Positions 21,001-26,719 of a stretch of 64,000 nucleotides of DNA are shown here, in pieces (within the stretch, counting starts at the first letter, position 1; each line of letters starts with the position of its first letter). Both the position numbers and the translations under genes were made by a program. Below the pieces are notes generated by a model. That model made no database searches, was not told the DNA's origin, and saw nothing but the letters and a program-made list of their open reading frames with translations. The stretch comes from Rubrivivax sp. (lineage in GTDB: Bacteria > Pseudomonadota > Gammaproteobacteria > Burkholderiales > Burkholderiaceae_C). The stretch covers positions 9,740 through 73,739 of the forward strand of contig JAIXZR010000215.1 of NCBI GenBank assembly GCA_027489455.1, in the 5' to 3' direction.

Positions 21001-23619
21001 GTAGTTGCTGGGGGTTCCAGCCGTCCCGTAGGTGGGCCAGGGCTGCGTGTGGTTGGGCATGGACCAGCGGGCCATGCAGGCCGGGTCATCCGCGCTGGTG
21101 GCGGCCAGGCAGGCGCTGGCGTTGGGCGCGGTGAAGGTCACGCTGGCCGGGTCGGCGCCGGGCGGCCAGAAGCGGCTGTTCGCGTTGACCGTGCCAATCA
21201 CACCGGCCAGATCGACCCGGTCGCGCACGTCGAACAGGTTCACCACCCAGGTGCCCTGCACCGGCTGGCTGGCCAGCCGGTTGTTGACGGGAAACAGTCG
21301 CACCGTGGTGGTCTGCCCAGCAGCCACGTCGAGATTGGGGGCCGCGGAACCCACGACGGTGGGATACGACACGGCTTCCTTGGTGTGGTTGACGCCGTTC
21401 TGCGTCACGCTGCCACAGTCACGGAACACGCCGGCCGGGTTGCTGCCGGTTTCCCACACGTGGTTGGTGCCGGTCAGCAGGGTGGTGGTGGCGTTGCCCT
21501 CGGCGCGTTCGGGCACGCCGTAGGTGCCGTCGCCCATGCGCAGCACGCCTTCGAAGACGTTGGTGGCGCCGGCGCCCAGGTTGTGGCTGGCCACCAGCAG
21601 CCGGGTGCCGGGCAGCACCACCGCGCTGGGGTTGTTGTCGTTGGGTGCGGCGGTGAAGGGGCTGGTGCCGATGTCGGTGGCCGTCACCGGGCGCCAGCTC
21701 GGGTGGGGCGGGTCGTTGGTGGGCACGAAGCCGGCGCCACCGGGGGCCGGTGCGGTGCCGGTGCTGTCCTTGTAGATGCGCGTGATGTTGGTGTTGTCGC
21801 TCACGCCATGGAACGTGGCCCAGGGGGGCAAGGTCACCAGCGTGTACGAGCGATCCACCGTGACGGTGTTGCTGCTGGCAAACGGGCGCAGCCAGGTGGC
21901 GAAGAACTCGCCCGCCTGGATGGCGCCGCCAGTGCGGTCGCTATCTGCCCATTGCGGCCACCGGTCCCAGGTGGTGCTGGGCCCGTTGGCGATGCGTTGC
22001 ACGGTCCAGTTGTGGGGGTTGGGGCAGTAGTTCACCACCACCGCAAGGTCGCGCGTCGTGGTCAAGGTTCTGGCCGGGTTGCCGTAGACCACGGTGGTGC
22101 GGATGCTGATGGTGCTGCCATTGGCGCAGCTGCTGGGCACGTCGAAGAAGTGCTGCGTCCGGGCATCGCCGAAGAAAGGCACCCGGTCGTGGTGATAGAC
22201 CAGCGGCGTGGTGGCCGGCTGCCCGACCGTGGGCGCGCTGATGAGCCGGTGGGTATAGGGGGCGGCGTAGTTGCTCGGGGTGAACGACCTGAAGATCGGG
22301 ATGCAGGTGCCCAGGTTGTATTCGTGCGTGATGCGGACGTTCTCTGCGTCTGGCGTGTTCGAGGTGTTGGGCGTTGCAGTGCCCACGGAATCCCATGCAT
22401 TCACCTGGCCTGGCGCCACCTGGCTGCTGGGCCTGAAGCCGCCGATGCCCCAGTTGCTGTTGCCTGCCGAGACGGCAACGCTGGTGCTGGTGGCGGTGAC
22501 GGTCTGCGTGGTTTGCAGGCCGGGCAGGCTGTTGACGGGTGTGGCACCGTGGCGCAGGCGTGCCCGCGCGGCGAAGTTGCGGCCGATGGCATAGCCGGGG
22601 GGCACCCGCAGCGAGAGGGTGACCGTGCCGGTGAAGCCGCTGGGCAGGTCGCCCAGCGCCCAGGTCAGCGTGCCGCGGTTGCTGCCCGCCACGGTGCTCG
22701 TGGCTGCGTTGCCGTTGGGTGCGTTGCTCTGGCTTTCCAGCAGGATGGGACGGAAGACCCCCAGGCCGCCGCCGTTGCCGTAGTCGACTTCGGCGTCTTC
22801 GTTCAGGCCGTCGTCCGGGGCCTGCGCGGCGCCGGTGGAGGACAGGCCGTTGATGTCGTCCATCGAAAACACCAGCTCGGCGTTGCGCGCCACGGCACCG
22901 GTGGTGCTGACGTTCATGCTCATCGTCACCGTGCCGTTCACGCTGAGTGACGTTGCGCTGGGCACCACCGCCAGGTTGACCGCGCCGGTGGCTTCGCCAT
23001 AGGCGCGCCAGAAGCTCAAGCGTGCGGGGGTGACGCTGCCGCCCGGCGTGCCGCTGTGCGTGGCGGTGTAGACGAAGCGGATGCTGGGCGTGCTGCCCAC
23101 GCTGGTGCCGATGTCATAGCTGCGCGTGCCGGCCGCCGGGTTGGCGTAGGTGGCCAGCGCGGCGCCGGCGCAGGTCTGCACCTGCAGGCTGCTGCTGGTG
23201 ACGCTGGCCAGGTTGGCCAGGCCGATCTCTGCGAACAGCCAGCGGTTGAAGGTGCCGCCCGCGGGCTGCGGCAGCGCAAAGCAGTTGGACACCACCGTCA
23301 TCGTGCTGGCGTTGGCATCCAGCACCCCGCCCAGGTTCTGCACGCCGCTGCTGGCCGGCAGGTTGATGCCGGTGTTGTCGTTGAACTCGTCGATGTAGCT
23401 GTGAGCGTCGTTCACCACGCTGGCGCTCTGCGCGCTGACGTAGGCCACGCCCACCAGCAGCACCGGCAGCAGCGGCACCAGCAGGCGCCGCGGGTCTGGC
23501 CGCGCGCCGCCGTTGCACAGCCAGGCCCGCGCGGCCGCCCAGGCGGCAGCCAGCCCACGCGCGGGGCGCGGGCCGGGGTCAGCGGTTGCAGAAGGGGATG
23601 CCGGGTCGTCGCTAGCCAT
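3049..23619 (-). CDS. Giant 6856-aa repetitive adhesin with MshQ/DUF6701-like C-terminus, beta-helix repeats, CSLREA-like, SdrD-B-like, DUF11-like and DUF642-like modules
   Basis: Single 20.6-kb ORF; N-terminal hydrophobic leader; many GNxIGxxxxG beta-helix turns; C-terminal SSDAFAVRP / AGRPF / YGEVG / GRFVP / QPWL...ALAIWG...LRRETW matches the MshQ C-terminal pattern; inside the msh locus. Confidence 0.85.
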   Translation of the reverse strand: MASDDPASPSATADPGPRPARGLAAAWAAARAWLCNGGARPDPRRLLVPLLPVLLVGVAYVSAQSASVVNDAHSYIDEFNDNTGINLPASSGVQNLGGVLDANASTMTVVSNCFALPQPAGGTFNRWLFAEIGLANLASVTSSSLQVQTCAGAALATYANPAAGTRSYDIGTSVGSTPSIRFVYTATHSGTPGGSVTPARLSFWRAYGEATGAVNLAVVPSATSLSVNGTVTMSMNVSTTGAVARNAELVFSMDDINGLSSTGAAQAPDDGLNEDAEVDYGNGGGLGVFRPILLESQSNAPNGNAATSTVAGSNRGTLTWALGDLPSGFTGTVTLSLRVPPGYAIGRNFAARARLRHGATPVNSLPGLQTTQTVTATSTSVAVSAGNSNWGIGGFRPSSQVAPGQVNAWDSVGTATPNTSNTPDAENVRITHEYNLGTCIPIFRSFTPSNYAAPYTHRLISAPTVGQPATTPLVYHHDRVPFFGDARTQHFFDVPSSCANGSTISIRTTVVYGNPARTLTTTRDLAVVVNYCPNPHNWTVQRIANGPSTTWDRWPQWADSDRTGGAIQAGEFFATWLRPFASSNTVTVDRSYTLVTLPPWATFHGVSDNTNITRIYKDSTGTAPAPGGAGFVPTNDPPHPSWRPVTATDIGTSPFTAAPNDNNPSAVVLPGTRLLVASHNLGAGATNVFEGVLRMGDGTYGVPERAEGNATTTLLTGTNHVWETGSNPAGVFRDCGSVTQNGVNHTKEAVSYPTVVGSAAPNLDVAAGQTTTVRLFPVNNRLASQPVQGTWVVNLFDVRDRVDLAGVIGTVNANSRFWPPGADPASVTFTAPNASACLAATSADDPACMARWSMPNHTQPWPTYGTAGTPSNYNSVLYPFFQLQLPVLRNAPAGQVLPVRVEVRRTDLSARGADNAVSTARHAASNYTAVVNLNVLEAPELATTLSAPATWPHNSTYTAQLLLENRGNAPAQGFYTVLRLPRAGVGGSQFTPVYERAYLTRPMTDLLLETSTDSSCLANPLGVAWTAQTLQTSTRSGYQAQTAAALPAGATCLRVRRNPASSYTFNAGLSVTAAVDIGIVNNPALGGQNLALRAASGSSTTLGSTANFGPLETADRVTQVSDAVVTGGTKAALPDLTRAGWVRWSLRWSNQSGITSGTVAVTDTLPAQLIYRGLASALPSGVTCVDPGCAVVGAAGDGSGGQLRLSVATLGANDGVSGSGADEGTVDIWAERKAGVADGSAIENCLTTAPAGSGNIGSNSCTTVGNGRITATLAQTVVPAQGGSPPIVSPNDVLRYTLTLSHQESSARHLRVHDALPAGTTYVPGSFSVDGAAAGDGAFSGGTFAYTSASAVAASTNHVLQYSVRVNTGTANGTTLSNTAVATPCTNNSDVGSCSLGKEASATTAQVVANAAISGTVFEDRAYGGGAGRSLAGSIPSGGSGRPNVRVELYDSATGDFFGATTTDANGNYSFTGLGARDWVLRVVGAGVTSGRSGSTSTLRGVMTYRTAWNGTANAGDGNRVGGESPGLQDAPDNTTSQTLAAINAVSGQVAQNVAPVRTTVGTLSGIDFGFNFNTLVNTNDNGAGSLRQVITNASALGGDATLNQAGRLPGSEHVIFMLGNGSSAAGLRAANNFFTTNGGSANVATITVASGLPGFGALTVDAQTQPGWNSASPRPIIEINAAAGGSFGFLLTNSATVRGFIIHGAGRQIHLISAGGGGNLVQGNWLGLNAAGTAGVGGSACHGLSAQSPFNVIGGTTAAERNVASGNGCLGIVLETSGATGNRVVGNYVGTNAEGTAAVGNAGAGIGVYLSANGNQIGGAVPGEGNLASGNGHEGIGITTSNNTVQGNRIGTNALGTTAVANGRRGVIVQGSNNTIGGSAAGQGNLISGNGTSLSDETHAGIVVNGAATGVVIAGNTIGLAADGITALGNRKNSIYIADQSAVTVGGATAAHRNLIAAANSHGVLVSANGNAGVTIQNNWIGLAVDGSTARGNGLDGVVVWAGASSNVNVLSNVIAGSGRYGVWFANGTGHAVRGNFIGTDSGGALARANAGGGVYINGSGTTATIGGATNVDRNVVSGNGAFGISFETGATGAVQGNYVGTSADGTGALGNNGPAVWLNGAAGVTVGGAATGAGNVLAASTSALGGGLRVEGGTATGNLVYGNLIGRNAANTGNLANAGSGLGLAGGANGNTIGGTAAGQANVIGGNALAGIGFDTTGGAPLRNRISGNSIFGNNQKGIRLDNSSTPLANDGATSAAQANNGMDSPVLTSAVLSGNTLNVTGYVGSAAGQSTFGNAVVELFAAAPDASGFGEGRTYLGSVTADASGNFGGTVTLPVGVTLTAGTSLITGTATDANGNTSEFGANAAVQTLISGRVFEDANYGGGAGRTRAAASGVGRANAVVELYSSTGTWLAGTTTDSNGDYAFVVNASNTYQVRVVNSSVSSARSGWVTGLLPVQTFRTQAVAGVLSSITDHVGGANPALADAAANTTTAALSTLSTASTTAQSLASIAVAGTDIAGVDFGFNFSTVVNTNDSGQGSLRQFITNANTLDGQTGLAQNGSRINMGAAQALPAGVETSIFMIPAGSVVPGLRAGLPSQLTSGVARIVAGSELPALTRAQVALDGSTQTANVGDTNGALLGTGGAVGVDAVPLGRLGGPEVELSGAPSVANGLQISANNGRVRGLAIYGFNVAVRLAGGTNVLLEQNVIGSRATSFTDPGPGIRTAFTSVFFAGIGSGTQITNNLIGFSGQWGISTWTGSPASDVTVQGNEVRNHGIAGTVADGISPWAGSNRWTIVDNLVVANRGIGIDAEQTGTAHVIRNNTVSGNGTANSQIVGILLGGTGHAVSKNIVTNHPGSGISLATGAAQSLITQNSTYGNNTRNTTGLAAGISLGGGITGASVKANDGSKTAGQPNQLMDHPVLTAATLTGSNLTLIGYVGTAAGQTVFAGALVDVYVADGNASGFGEGQTYLGTLTADGSGNFSGSLTVPGTVALTTAVSRITATATDGQGNTSEFGPNFTLANPYTVTNTQDSGAGSLRQALTNAIADAGAQTISFNIPATDPNLASGVWTITPASALPQVTDTTLIDASTQPGYVGVPLVQIRGTAAGAGSNGLRLMTAGGSTVRGLVINGFGGCAVRLDAPGGHTVAGNYIGTDITGSAAASGNGAVGVCVNSSSNTVGGTGANDRNVIGGFVQVSTVQGRGIDIALGANSNAVASNYVGLGADGVAAVPNQTGVFITDASSNTIGGNTTAHRNVISGNQTVGVLLQTSAGSASGNVVAGNYIGTNAAGTAPVANLVRGVGLSGNVASTTIGGGVAGAGNLISGNPEGIRQQGAGITGTVIRGNWVGLNAAGTARFNGATSVGVNIASGGAATIGGTGPHDRNIISGASSESLRVDTTGSVVQGNWIGLNAAGDNSVTSGVAGIWVGATGAVTIGGTTPEARNLIIGFYNVGLRLSGSGSVVQGNWFGLTASATAPITGSQNAIEVSGSGHTIGGAAAGAGNVVTAYNQRGMLISGSNVTVHGNIVGRNPTNTANVWNGGIGIVLAAGASNVAIGGLAAGEGNVVAGSFTQGVQAQGGSGNPIRGNSIWGNGRAGIDLVAAGDPTSGATPNDGAKTAGQPNLLMDSPVLTRAVLGSNTLSVVGYVGSAALQATFGGALVDLYVSNGGQGQTYIGTVTANADGEFAGVVSTAGVGGLVAGTTQIVATATDGSGNTSEFGNSVATTALAALSNGSFESGVTPGGWIRLASGNSTSLPGWVVTGSDVDYHNDFLAADGSRSVDLQGGSTRGGIVQFAQTVPGQTYTLTFAFAANPACERGVKTLRVTAGSSTASLDFSSVGRVMGAPGWVDRSLVFTATSESSLIWFSTPTTGNCGPAVDNVGLGTATATATLTGTVFEDVNYGGGAGRAMASAAGHAVRSGARVELFGASGNFILATTTNASGSYIFSGLDLGNYTVRVVSSSVTSSRTGYTVSLLPVVTYRTNASGGFATADAAFVGGANPALADAGDGSTTLAALTSASTTAQAITPVQLAGNITGLDFGFSFNVVTNTRDSGSGSLRQAITNANALDDGGLAQAGRTPGIEHIVFMLPNGSSAAGLRSSFNAFTTNGGSAMVATFTPGSAYPTVSSGVVLDAQTQPGWTSRPLLEISGALLPPGFANRVLYLAGANILRGFIVNRGPSAADAIRLDGNNQIVQGNWVGLDATGTAAAANGRDGIALYGTAALIGGASSTLRNVISGNARFGVDDGISGAANHVIVGNYIGTNADGTAAVPNGDHAINLDTSTGNRVGGPNPGEGNVISGNTQSGVNGGASLTIEGNLIGLAADGITPLGNGNRGIQIGGASSLVLNNVVSSNVGNGVLLNSGASGTVLRGNVVGLAADGTTARGNGGSALLVQCASGCTIGGSATADRNVISASTAGHGIELQGANSVVRGNYIGTDRSGTLARGTTGAFDGIRVSGSGHAIGGVGAGNTISGNGQHGINVLSGASALTIVGNTIGTNAAGTAALPNAQNGVLVAATGITVGGTAPGSRNVISGNGQGGVRIEASNATVQGNYIGVNAAGTAAIANGAVNATNGGVWVTAGSGHLIGGTATGAGNVLSGNWGAGVKVEPASTGGTIQGNLIGTNAAGDAALGNNNWGIGMLGSGWLIGGSATNAGNVVSGNTGGTKGGISIWGNNVTVQGNTIGLNLARSAALPNGSGGAVFDGGIDVRSGSNIQVGGIYANEGNVIAGNAGKGVRVSGSTTQVAIRGNSIYGNSGLGIDLFGSSEAGDVVTANDNAKTTTEPNQLMDHPVFTAAALAGDQLFVSGHVGAAPSQALFANSRVEVFVSDNDSRGFGEGQTYIGFVTTDASGNFNGRLTLASGITITAGSTRVTATATDSAGNTSEFGANVIVTAGIAGRVYEDVNYGGGPGRDWLTAMANGGAPRPDVRVEYGSVSGGVVTVQGFVITAADGSYVVPTPGAGTFAVRVPTGGVPSSRTGYGAGLLPVLTFLADAPAGSLVARADRVGGTDPAATDAGDAGAGATFSSSTGVFSSGAAGTAHAFALVQVGASAALAGVDFGFHFSTVVNTRDSGQGSLRQAILNANALGGDASLQTAGRAAGVEHLVFMIPNGTAGAGGALNLAAGGLRSGINYFTGSTAALQPLTALPVVSEPLVLDAQTQPGWTNAPLIELNGGSAPAAGGFVISAAGSQLRGFVIHGFANSTAVRVSAANVQVQGNWVGLAANGDTVSANAFGITLDNAPNGQVGGTTAAQRNVVSGNASSGIWIAGNSQGSVVAGNYIGTNATGSAARNTGIKPLYVTSPDVLLGGTAPGAGNLVSGNSGDSGVWLSASGTVMHGNVIGLNAAGTAALPNFAGMHIQDATNLAIGGNRPEERNVISGNSNWGIHVKAASTTNVVIRGNTIGLDASGDVARGNGGTGLWAWDAGSGLVIGGSAPGEGNLIAGSGGDGIHLQGTSNGALVQGNWIGLNAAGTAARSNHNGILVEAANAQIGGSQIGSRNVISGNRNDGVYISGGGNNATVQGNYIGTDPSGMVARPNGRLGIIATNGAANPRIGGSVPGSGNLISGNTGTGLAIATFGAVVEGNVIGRNLGNTADLPNGGHGVSVGTGYPSLTTIGGTAAAAANVIAGNSGSGVRVTSAGTTATIRGNSVFGNANRGIDLVGPAEPANGVTPNDGAKTSSQPNQLMDHPVFTSARARGNQLTVAGYVGSAAGQSVFANARVEVFASDEDAAGFGEGRTYLGFVTTDASGNFSGTVTMPVAVLRIGTRLTATATDASGSTSEFGANFANLVVDNVVNHNGDAPDANPGDGLCETDTPGQCTLRAAIAEFNAFAAQSSPPTVAFALPGCGAAGQPACVITPASALPAVSRAMVIDAQTQPGWTMNPIVTLRGSAAGGSAGLTLAAADTGVRGMIVQQFNGWGINVQSAAVGAVVQGNWIGIDAAGAAAGNAGGVSVEASGVLIGGSTPAMRNLIARNGVNGLELQASATGTIVRGNWFGLAPDGVSARGNGNHGIRSRAGSSATIGGTVAGQGNLFAASTIDGVALEGTGGTIQGNSFGLGADGSTPVPIGRHGVYIMSGAWIVGGNGPGEANVVAGNGGAGVLLSNGARATLRGNRISGNTLLGIDLGHSGAINSGVGTGVNANDGTIDAAQANNGMDHPVFTGAGVNTDGTALTVSGYIGTGTGQAVFAGARVELFRAAPDPSGYGEGQIYLGALTADADGRFAGTVSFPAGAATVGDTLTATATDAAGNTSEFGPQWTTTTLAALAPAGFNVFETDTAANALTGVIRSKTGGAAASLAVIALDNTGSALHAGFTGSVALEWLDARDDSGAATGSCRASWVPMGSAGSVSFSSNARTTVNLTPPPSAKRTMRLRLRYDGPAGTVTACSSDAFAVRPASLVLAASDGDAASPGLARALDNTLASGGVVHRAGRPFTLTLRALDATGAVMTGYDGVPTLAATACLLPAGCTAGPFSVGTVAATAGVAVANDALYGEVGAIALTGTDNAYADVDAADTPAAARQLQSVATPVGRFVPDSLVASVAAPGVLATANASCMASGTAATFYGQGIGWQTAPRVIVTARNAQGDTTRHWQGPLMKITATSGVVPAMTASGTAGAALGSTFGTLAVTGLGDGRARIDASTNDLFLLQAPGGSALDESTPGWQYSLSITDSAEAAEAGNPTFATTATQGPVGFSAGGRFVSGRVALTPGHGDARSGVRMLLQLQRYTPAGWVTMTEDRGCVTVAPQQLALSAPAGVFQTAGVCAAPVAGGVTTAGGRAWLAFAASPGGAPGRLLAQVAGASPTGTACSAGGLGTPAQPLGQPWLMPGGSGPQALAIWGVPKREAVLRRETW

Positions 23620-23787
23620 GGGAACGCCGGCAGCGCGCGCAGGCGCCGCCTATCCCGCGAGGCTAGGAAGGTCGACGCCCCGGCGTGCGCCGATGAGCGT
23701 GGCCGTCGGGCGTCTTTTCGGGCGACTGGCGCGCCGGGGCGCTGGGGCCCGGGGCCGGGTGCCTGGGGCCGAGTACCGGGCGAGGCC

Positions 23788-25359
23788 TTATCGGCCGGCG
23801 GACCCGAGCCGGAACACGGCCACGGACGCCACCAGCCTTTCGGCCTGCTGGCGCAGGCTTTCGGCGGCGGCGGCGGACTCTTCCACCAGCGCCGCGTTCT
23901 GCTGCGTGGCGTGGTCCATCTCGCTGACGGCGCTGCCGACTTCGGCCATGCCGCTGGCCTGCGCGCTGCCAGCCGAATGCACGTCGCCCATCAGGGCCGT
24001 CAGGCGCTCGATGGCCTGCACGATCTCCTGCATCGTGCCGCCGGCGCGGCCGGCCAGTGCCGAGCCTTCCTCCACCTGCTGCGCGCTGCTGCCGATCAGG
24101 CTCTTGATCTCGCGTGCCGCATCGGCACTGCGCTTGGCCAGCGCCCGCACCTCGGTGGCCACCACCGCAAAGCCGCGCCCCTGCTCGCCCGCGCGCGCCG
24201 CTTCCACGGCGGCGTTGAGCGCCAGGATGCTGGTCTGGAAGGCGATGCCGTCGATCACGCCGGTGATGTCGGCGATGCGCTTGCTGCTGGCGTGGATGCT
24301 GCTCATCGTGCTCACCACCTCGTGCACGGCAGTGCCGCCCTGGCGCGCCACGCCCACGGCCTGGCGGGCCATGGTGTCGGCCTGGCGGGTGTGCTCGCCG
24401 TTGCGCGTGACCAGGCCGCCCAGCTGCTGCATCGACGAGGCGGCGGCCTGCAGCCGGCTGGCCTGCTGTTCGGTGCGCTTGGACAGATCCAGGCTGCCAC
24501 TGGCGATCTGTGCGCTGGCCGTGGCCACGCCATCGCTGTTCAGGCGCACCGTCTGCACGATCTCGCGCAACCGCTCGTTCATGCGCGCCAGCGCGCCCAT
24601 CAGCTGTGCGGCTTCGTTGCTGCCGCGTACCGCGACCTCGCTGCTCAGGTCGCCTTGTGCCACCGCTTGCGCAATGCGCAGGCCGTCGGTCAAGGCGCGC
24701 AACTGGCGCTGCCCCACCGCCCACAGCGCGGCCAGGCCCAGAACGCAGGTGAGCCAGGCGCAGGCGATCGCCACCACCAGCTTGGCAAAGAAAGCATCGA
24801 CGCCGCTGGCCCGCTGGTTGGCGGCTGCCTCGATGGTGCCGGACATCGCTTCGAGCTCGGTCTCCAGCTCGTCGAACGCGCGCTCGAAGGCCGGGCGCAG
24901 GGCTTGTGCCTTGGCGGTGTCGGTGAGCGCGGCATCTACCAGCGTGGCGGCAGCGGTGCGGTAAACGGCGGCCTTGGCGATGGCGGCCTGGCCGGCCGGG
25001 CCCAGCTTGTCGCCGGCCTCGCTGCGCAGGGTCTCCAGCTGCTCGGCCAGGGTCTTGCCGTTCTCGTCGACGTCCTTGCGGATCGCGGCGGCTTCGGCGG
25101 CTTCGGCCTGCGGGCCCGCCAGCAGGGCGGCCAGGGCATCGGAGCGCAGGGCGTCGTGCATCATGTCCACCAGGCCGGCGGCCCGGGCCATGCGCACATC
25201 GGCGGCCAGCTCGTTGGCCAGTTGCCGGCCGTGCTGGGTCTCGTACAGGCTGACCCCGGTGAGGCACATCATGCCCAGCGTGGCGGCTGCCAGCGCGCCC
25301 TGCAGCAGGCGCCGCAGCGACAGCCGTTCCATGAAGCCGGTCGTGTGCTTGTTCATCAT
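23788..25359 (-). CDS. Methyl-accepting chemotaxis protein
   Basis: Two TM helices around a helical sensor region, HAMP ([10 protein letters not shown]...[12 protein letters not shown]), signalling hairpin [34 protein letters not shown]. Confidence 0.95.
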   Translation of the reverse strand: MMNKHTTGFMERLSLRRLLQGALAAATLGMMCLTGVSLYETQHGRQLANELAADVRMARAAGLVDMMHDALRSDALAALLAGPQAEAAEAAAIRKDVDENGKTLAEQLETLRSEAGDKLGPAGQAAIAKAAVYRTAAATLVDAALTDTAKAQALRPAFERAFDELETELEAMSGTIEAAANQRASGVDAFFAKLVVAIACAWLTCVLGLAALWAVGQRQLRALTDGLRIAQAVAQGDLSSEVAVRGSNEAAQLMGALARMNERLREIVQTVRLNSDGVATASAQIASGSLDLSKRTEQQASRLQAAASSMQQLGGLVTRNGEHTRQADTMARQAVGVARQGGTAVHEVVSTMSSIHASSKRIADITGVIDGIAFQTSILALNAAVEAARAGEQGRGFAVVATEVRALAKRSADAAREIKSLIGSSAQQVEEGSALAGRAGGTMQEIVQAIERLTALMGDVHSAGSAQASGMAEVGSAVSEMDHATQQNAALVEESAAAAESLRQQAERLVASVAVFRLGSAGR

Positions 25360-25372
25360 GGGGCCCTCGGCT

Positions 25373-26065
25373 TCAGAACGACAGCTTGGTGCCCGCCGAC
25401 CAGGCCGTGGGCTGCCCGCCCGTCATCTGCCTGCCGTAGGCCACGTCTGCCACCCAGCGCCCGGGCACCAGCGTCCAGCGCAGGCCGATGTTCCAGGCCG
25501 GCGCGGCCAGGTCGTCGCCCACCAGCTCGCCCATCAGGGCCACCGGGCCCCAGCCCGCGTGCTCGAGCGCCAGGCCCCAGGTGGTGGCGCCGCGCCGCGC
25601 CACGGCGTCGCGCAGATGGCCCAGGTTGGCATGCAGCGTGAAGCTCTCGCCCACCGTGCGCGTGTGCAGCAGGTTCAGTGCAGTGGCGGCGTGGCGGTTG
25701 CGCTCGCCCGGCAGTACGGCCCACCGCACCGCGGCGCTGGCGGACCAGCTGGCCGCATCGCCCGGCACCAGCGCCAGCTTGGCCGCCAGCGTGGTGCCCC
25801 GGGCGCGCAGGCCTTCGGCCTTGACGCGGTCGCCGGCCAGCGCGATCTGCAGCCCTGCACCCACGCCGCAGCCCAGCTGCAGGGCGCTGCCGTCGGCGCG
25901 CACGCCGTCGGCCTTGTCGCGCGAGAGCACGGCTTCCAGCTCGCAGCTGCCGCGGTCCAGCACGCCCGTGTCGTCGGTGGCCAGCGGCCGGGCCGCGTGG
26001 GCTTGCGCGGCCAGCGCCAGGCCGATCAGGCCCAGCAGGCTGGCGTGGGGGCGAGGTGTCTTCAT
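25373..26065 (-). CDS. Putative outer-membrane beta-barrel / small-molecule channel
   Basis: Signal peptide ending AQAHA, mature [10 protein letters not shown], alternating amphipathic strands, C-terminal Phe (TKLSF). Confidence 0.7.
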   Translation of the reverse strand: MKTPRPHASLLGLIGLALAAQAHAARPLATDDTGVLDRGSCELEAVLSRDKADGVRADGSALQLGCGVGAGLQIALAGDRVKAEGLRARGTTLAAKLALVPGDAASWSASAAVRWAVLPGERNRHAATALNLLHTRTVGESFTLHANLGHLRDAVARRGATTWGLALEHAGWGPVALMGELVGDDLAAPAWNIGLRWTLVPGRWVADVAYGRQMTGGQPTAWSAGTKLSF

Positions 26066-26140
26066 GGGGGGCGATCCTTCGTTGGCCAGTGCGCCGATGA
26101 GCCGCAGGTCGCGGCCAAGGCCCTGGAATAGCTAAGGGAA

Positions 26141-26168
26141 TTTTCGGACGGCTGGCCCGATGACTTGA
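26141..26168 (-). promoter_or_regulatory. sigma28 (FliA)-like promoter for the barrel-MCP pair
   Basis: Minus strand reads TCAAG-N15-TCCGAAAA, about 75 nt upstream of the ATG at 26065. Confidence 0.55.
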
Positions 26169-26206
26169 GCGTTCTTTTTTGATCGATGCGTGGCCGCTGG
26201 CCGGCG

Positions 26207-26719
26207 TCAGCAGGCGTAGGCCGGCGGGGTGCCGCCCGGGTTGCGGCACAAGGTGAGGCGTTGCTCGAAGCGCCGGCGGACATGCGCGTCGCTGCCCGGC
26301 GTGCCGACGCTGGCGTCGCCCAGCAGCCGGTAGCTGGCGAGCTTGAGGCCGCCTTCGTCCAGACTGCCGCTGGCGGGCTCGCGCGTGCAGGCCAGCTGCA
26401 CCTGCAGGCCGGCCAGCGGCGCTGGCAGCGCCAGGCTGGCCGCGGGTGGGCAGGCGGGCAGCTCGGCTGCGGGCAGGGTGCTGTCCTGCAGGGCCTGGCC
26501 CAGCTGCGAGCGGCCCAGCTCGGTGGCGGACTTGGCTGCCGCCATCGCGCGCGCCGCCTGCACCTGCAGGCCGTAGGTGTGCTGCGACTGCCCCAGCAGC
26601 TGCAGGCCCGCGGCCAGCATGAGGGAGACGATGACCAGCGCGAACACCATCGCTGGCAGCGCGATGCCGCGTGCGCCCGCGGTGACGGGCCGGCGCTGTG
26701 CGGTGCTGCTGCCGGTCAT
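26207..26719 (-). CDS. mshP: MshP / PilX-like minor pilin
   Basis: RG|IALPAMVFALVIVSLML prepilin-like leader lacking E5; QAARAMAAAKSATE; ATGA coupling to mshO. Confidence 0.75.
   Translation of the reverse strand: MTGSSTAQRRPVTAGARGIALPAMVFALVIVSLMLAAGLQLLGQSQHTYGLQVQAARAMAAAKSATELGRSQLGQALQDSTLPAAELPACPPAASLALPAPLAGLQVQLACTREPASGSLDEGGLKLASYRLLGDASVGTPGSDAHVRRRFEQRLTLCRNPGGTPPAYAC

Noticed and set aside
2269-22950. Long plus-strand ORFs (e.g. 2269-7635, 11026-15339, 15907-18831)
   Set aside because: Antisense shadows of the high-GC giant gene; Arg/Gly/Ala-rich with no motifs
3049-23619. Giant protein as RTX/T1SS, autotransporter, CdiA or polymorphic toxin
   Set aside because: No GGxGxD repeats, no C-terminal barrel, no TPS domain or toxin/immunity pair seen; the C-terminus is MshQ-like
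23700-23815. Possible sigma28 -10 elements upstream of the giant gene (GCCGATAA at the MCP stop, CCCGAAAA near 23715)
   Set aside because: No matching TCAAG/TAAA -35 at the right distance
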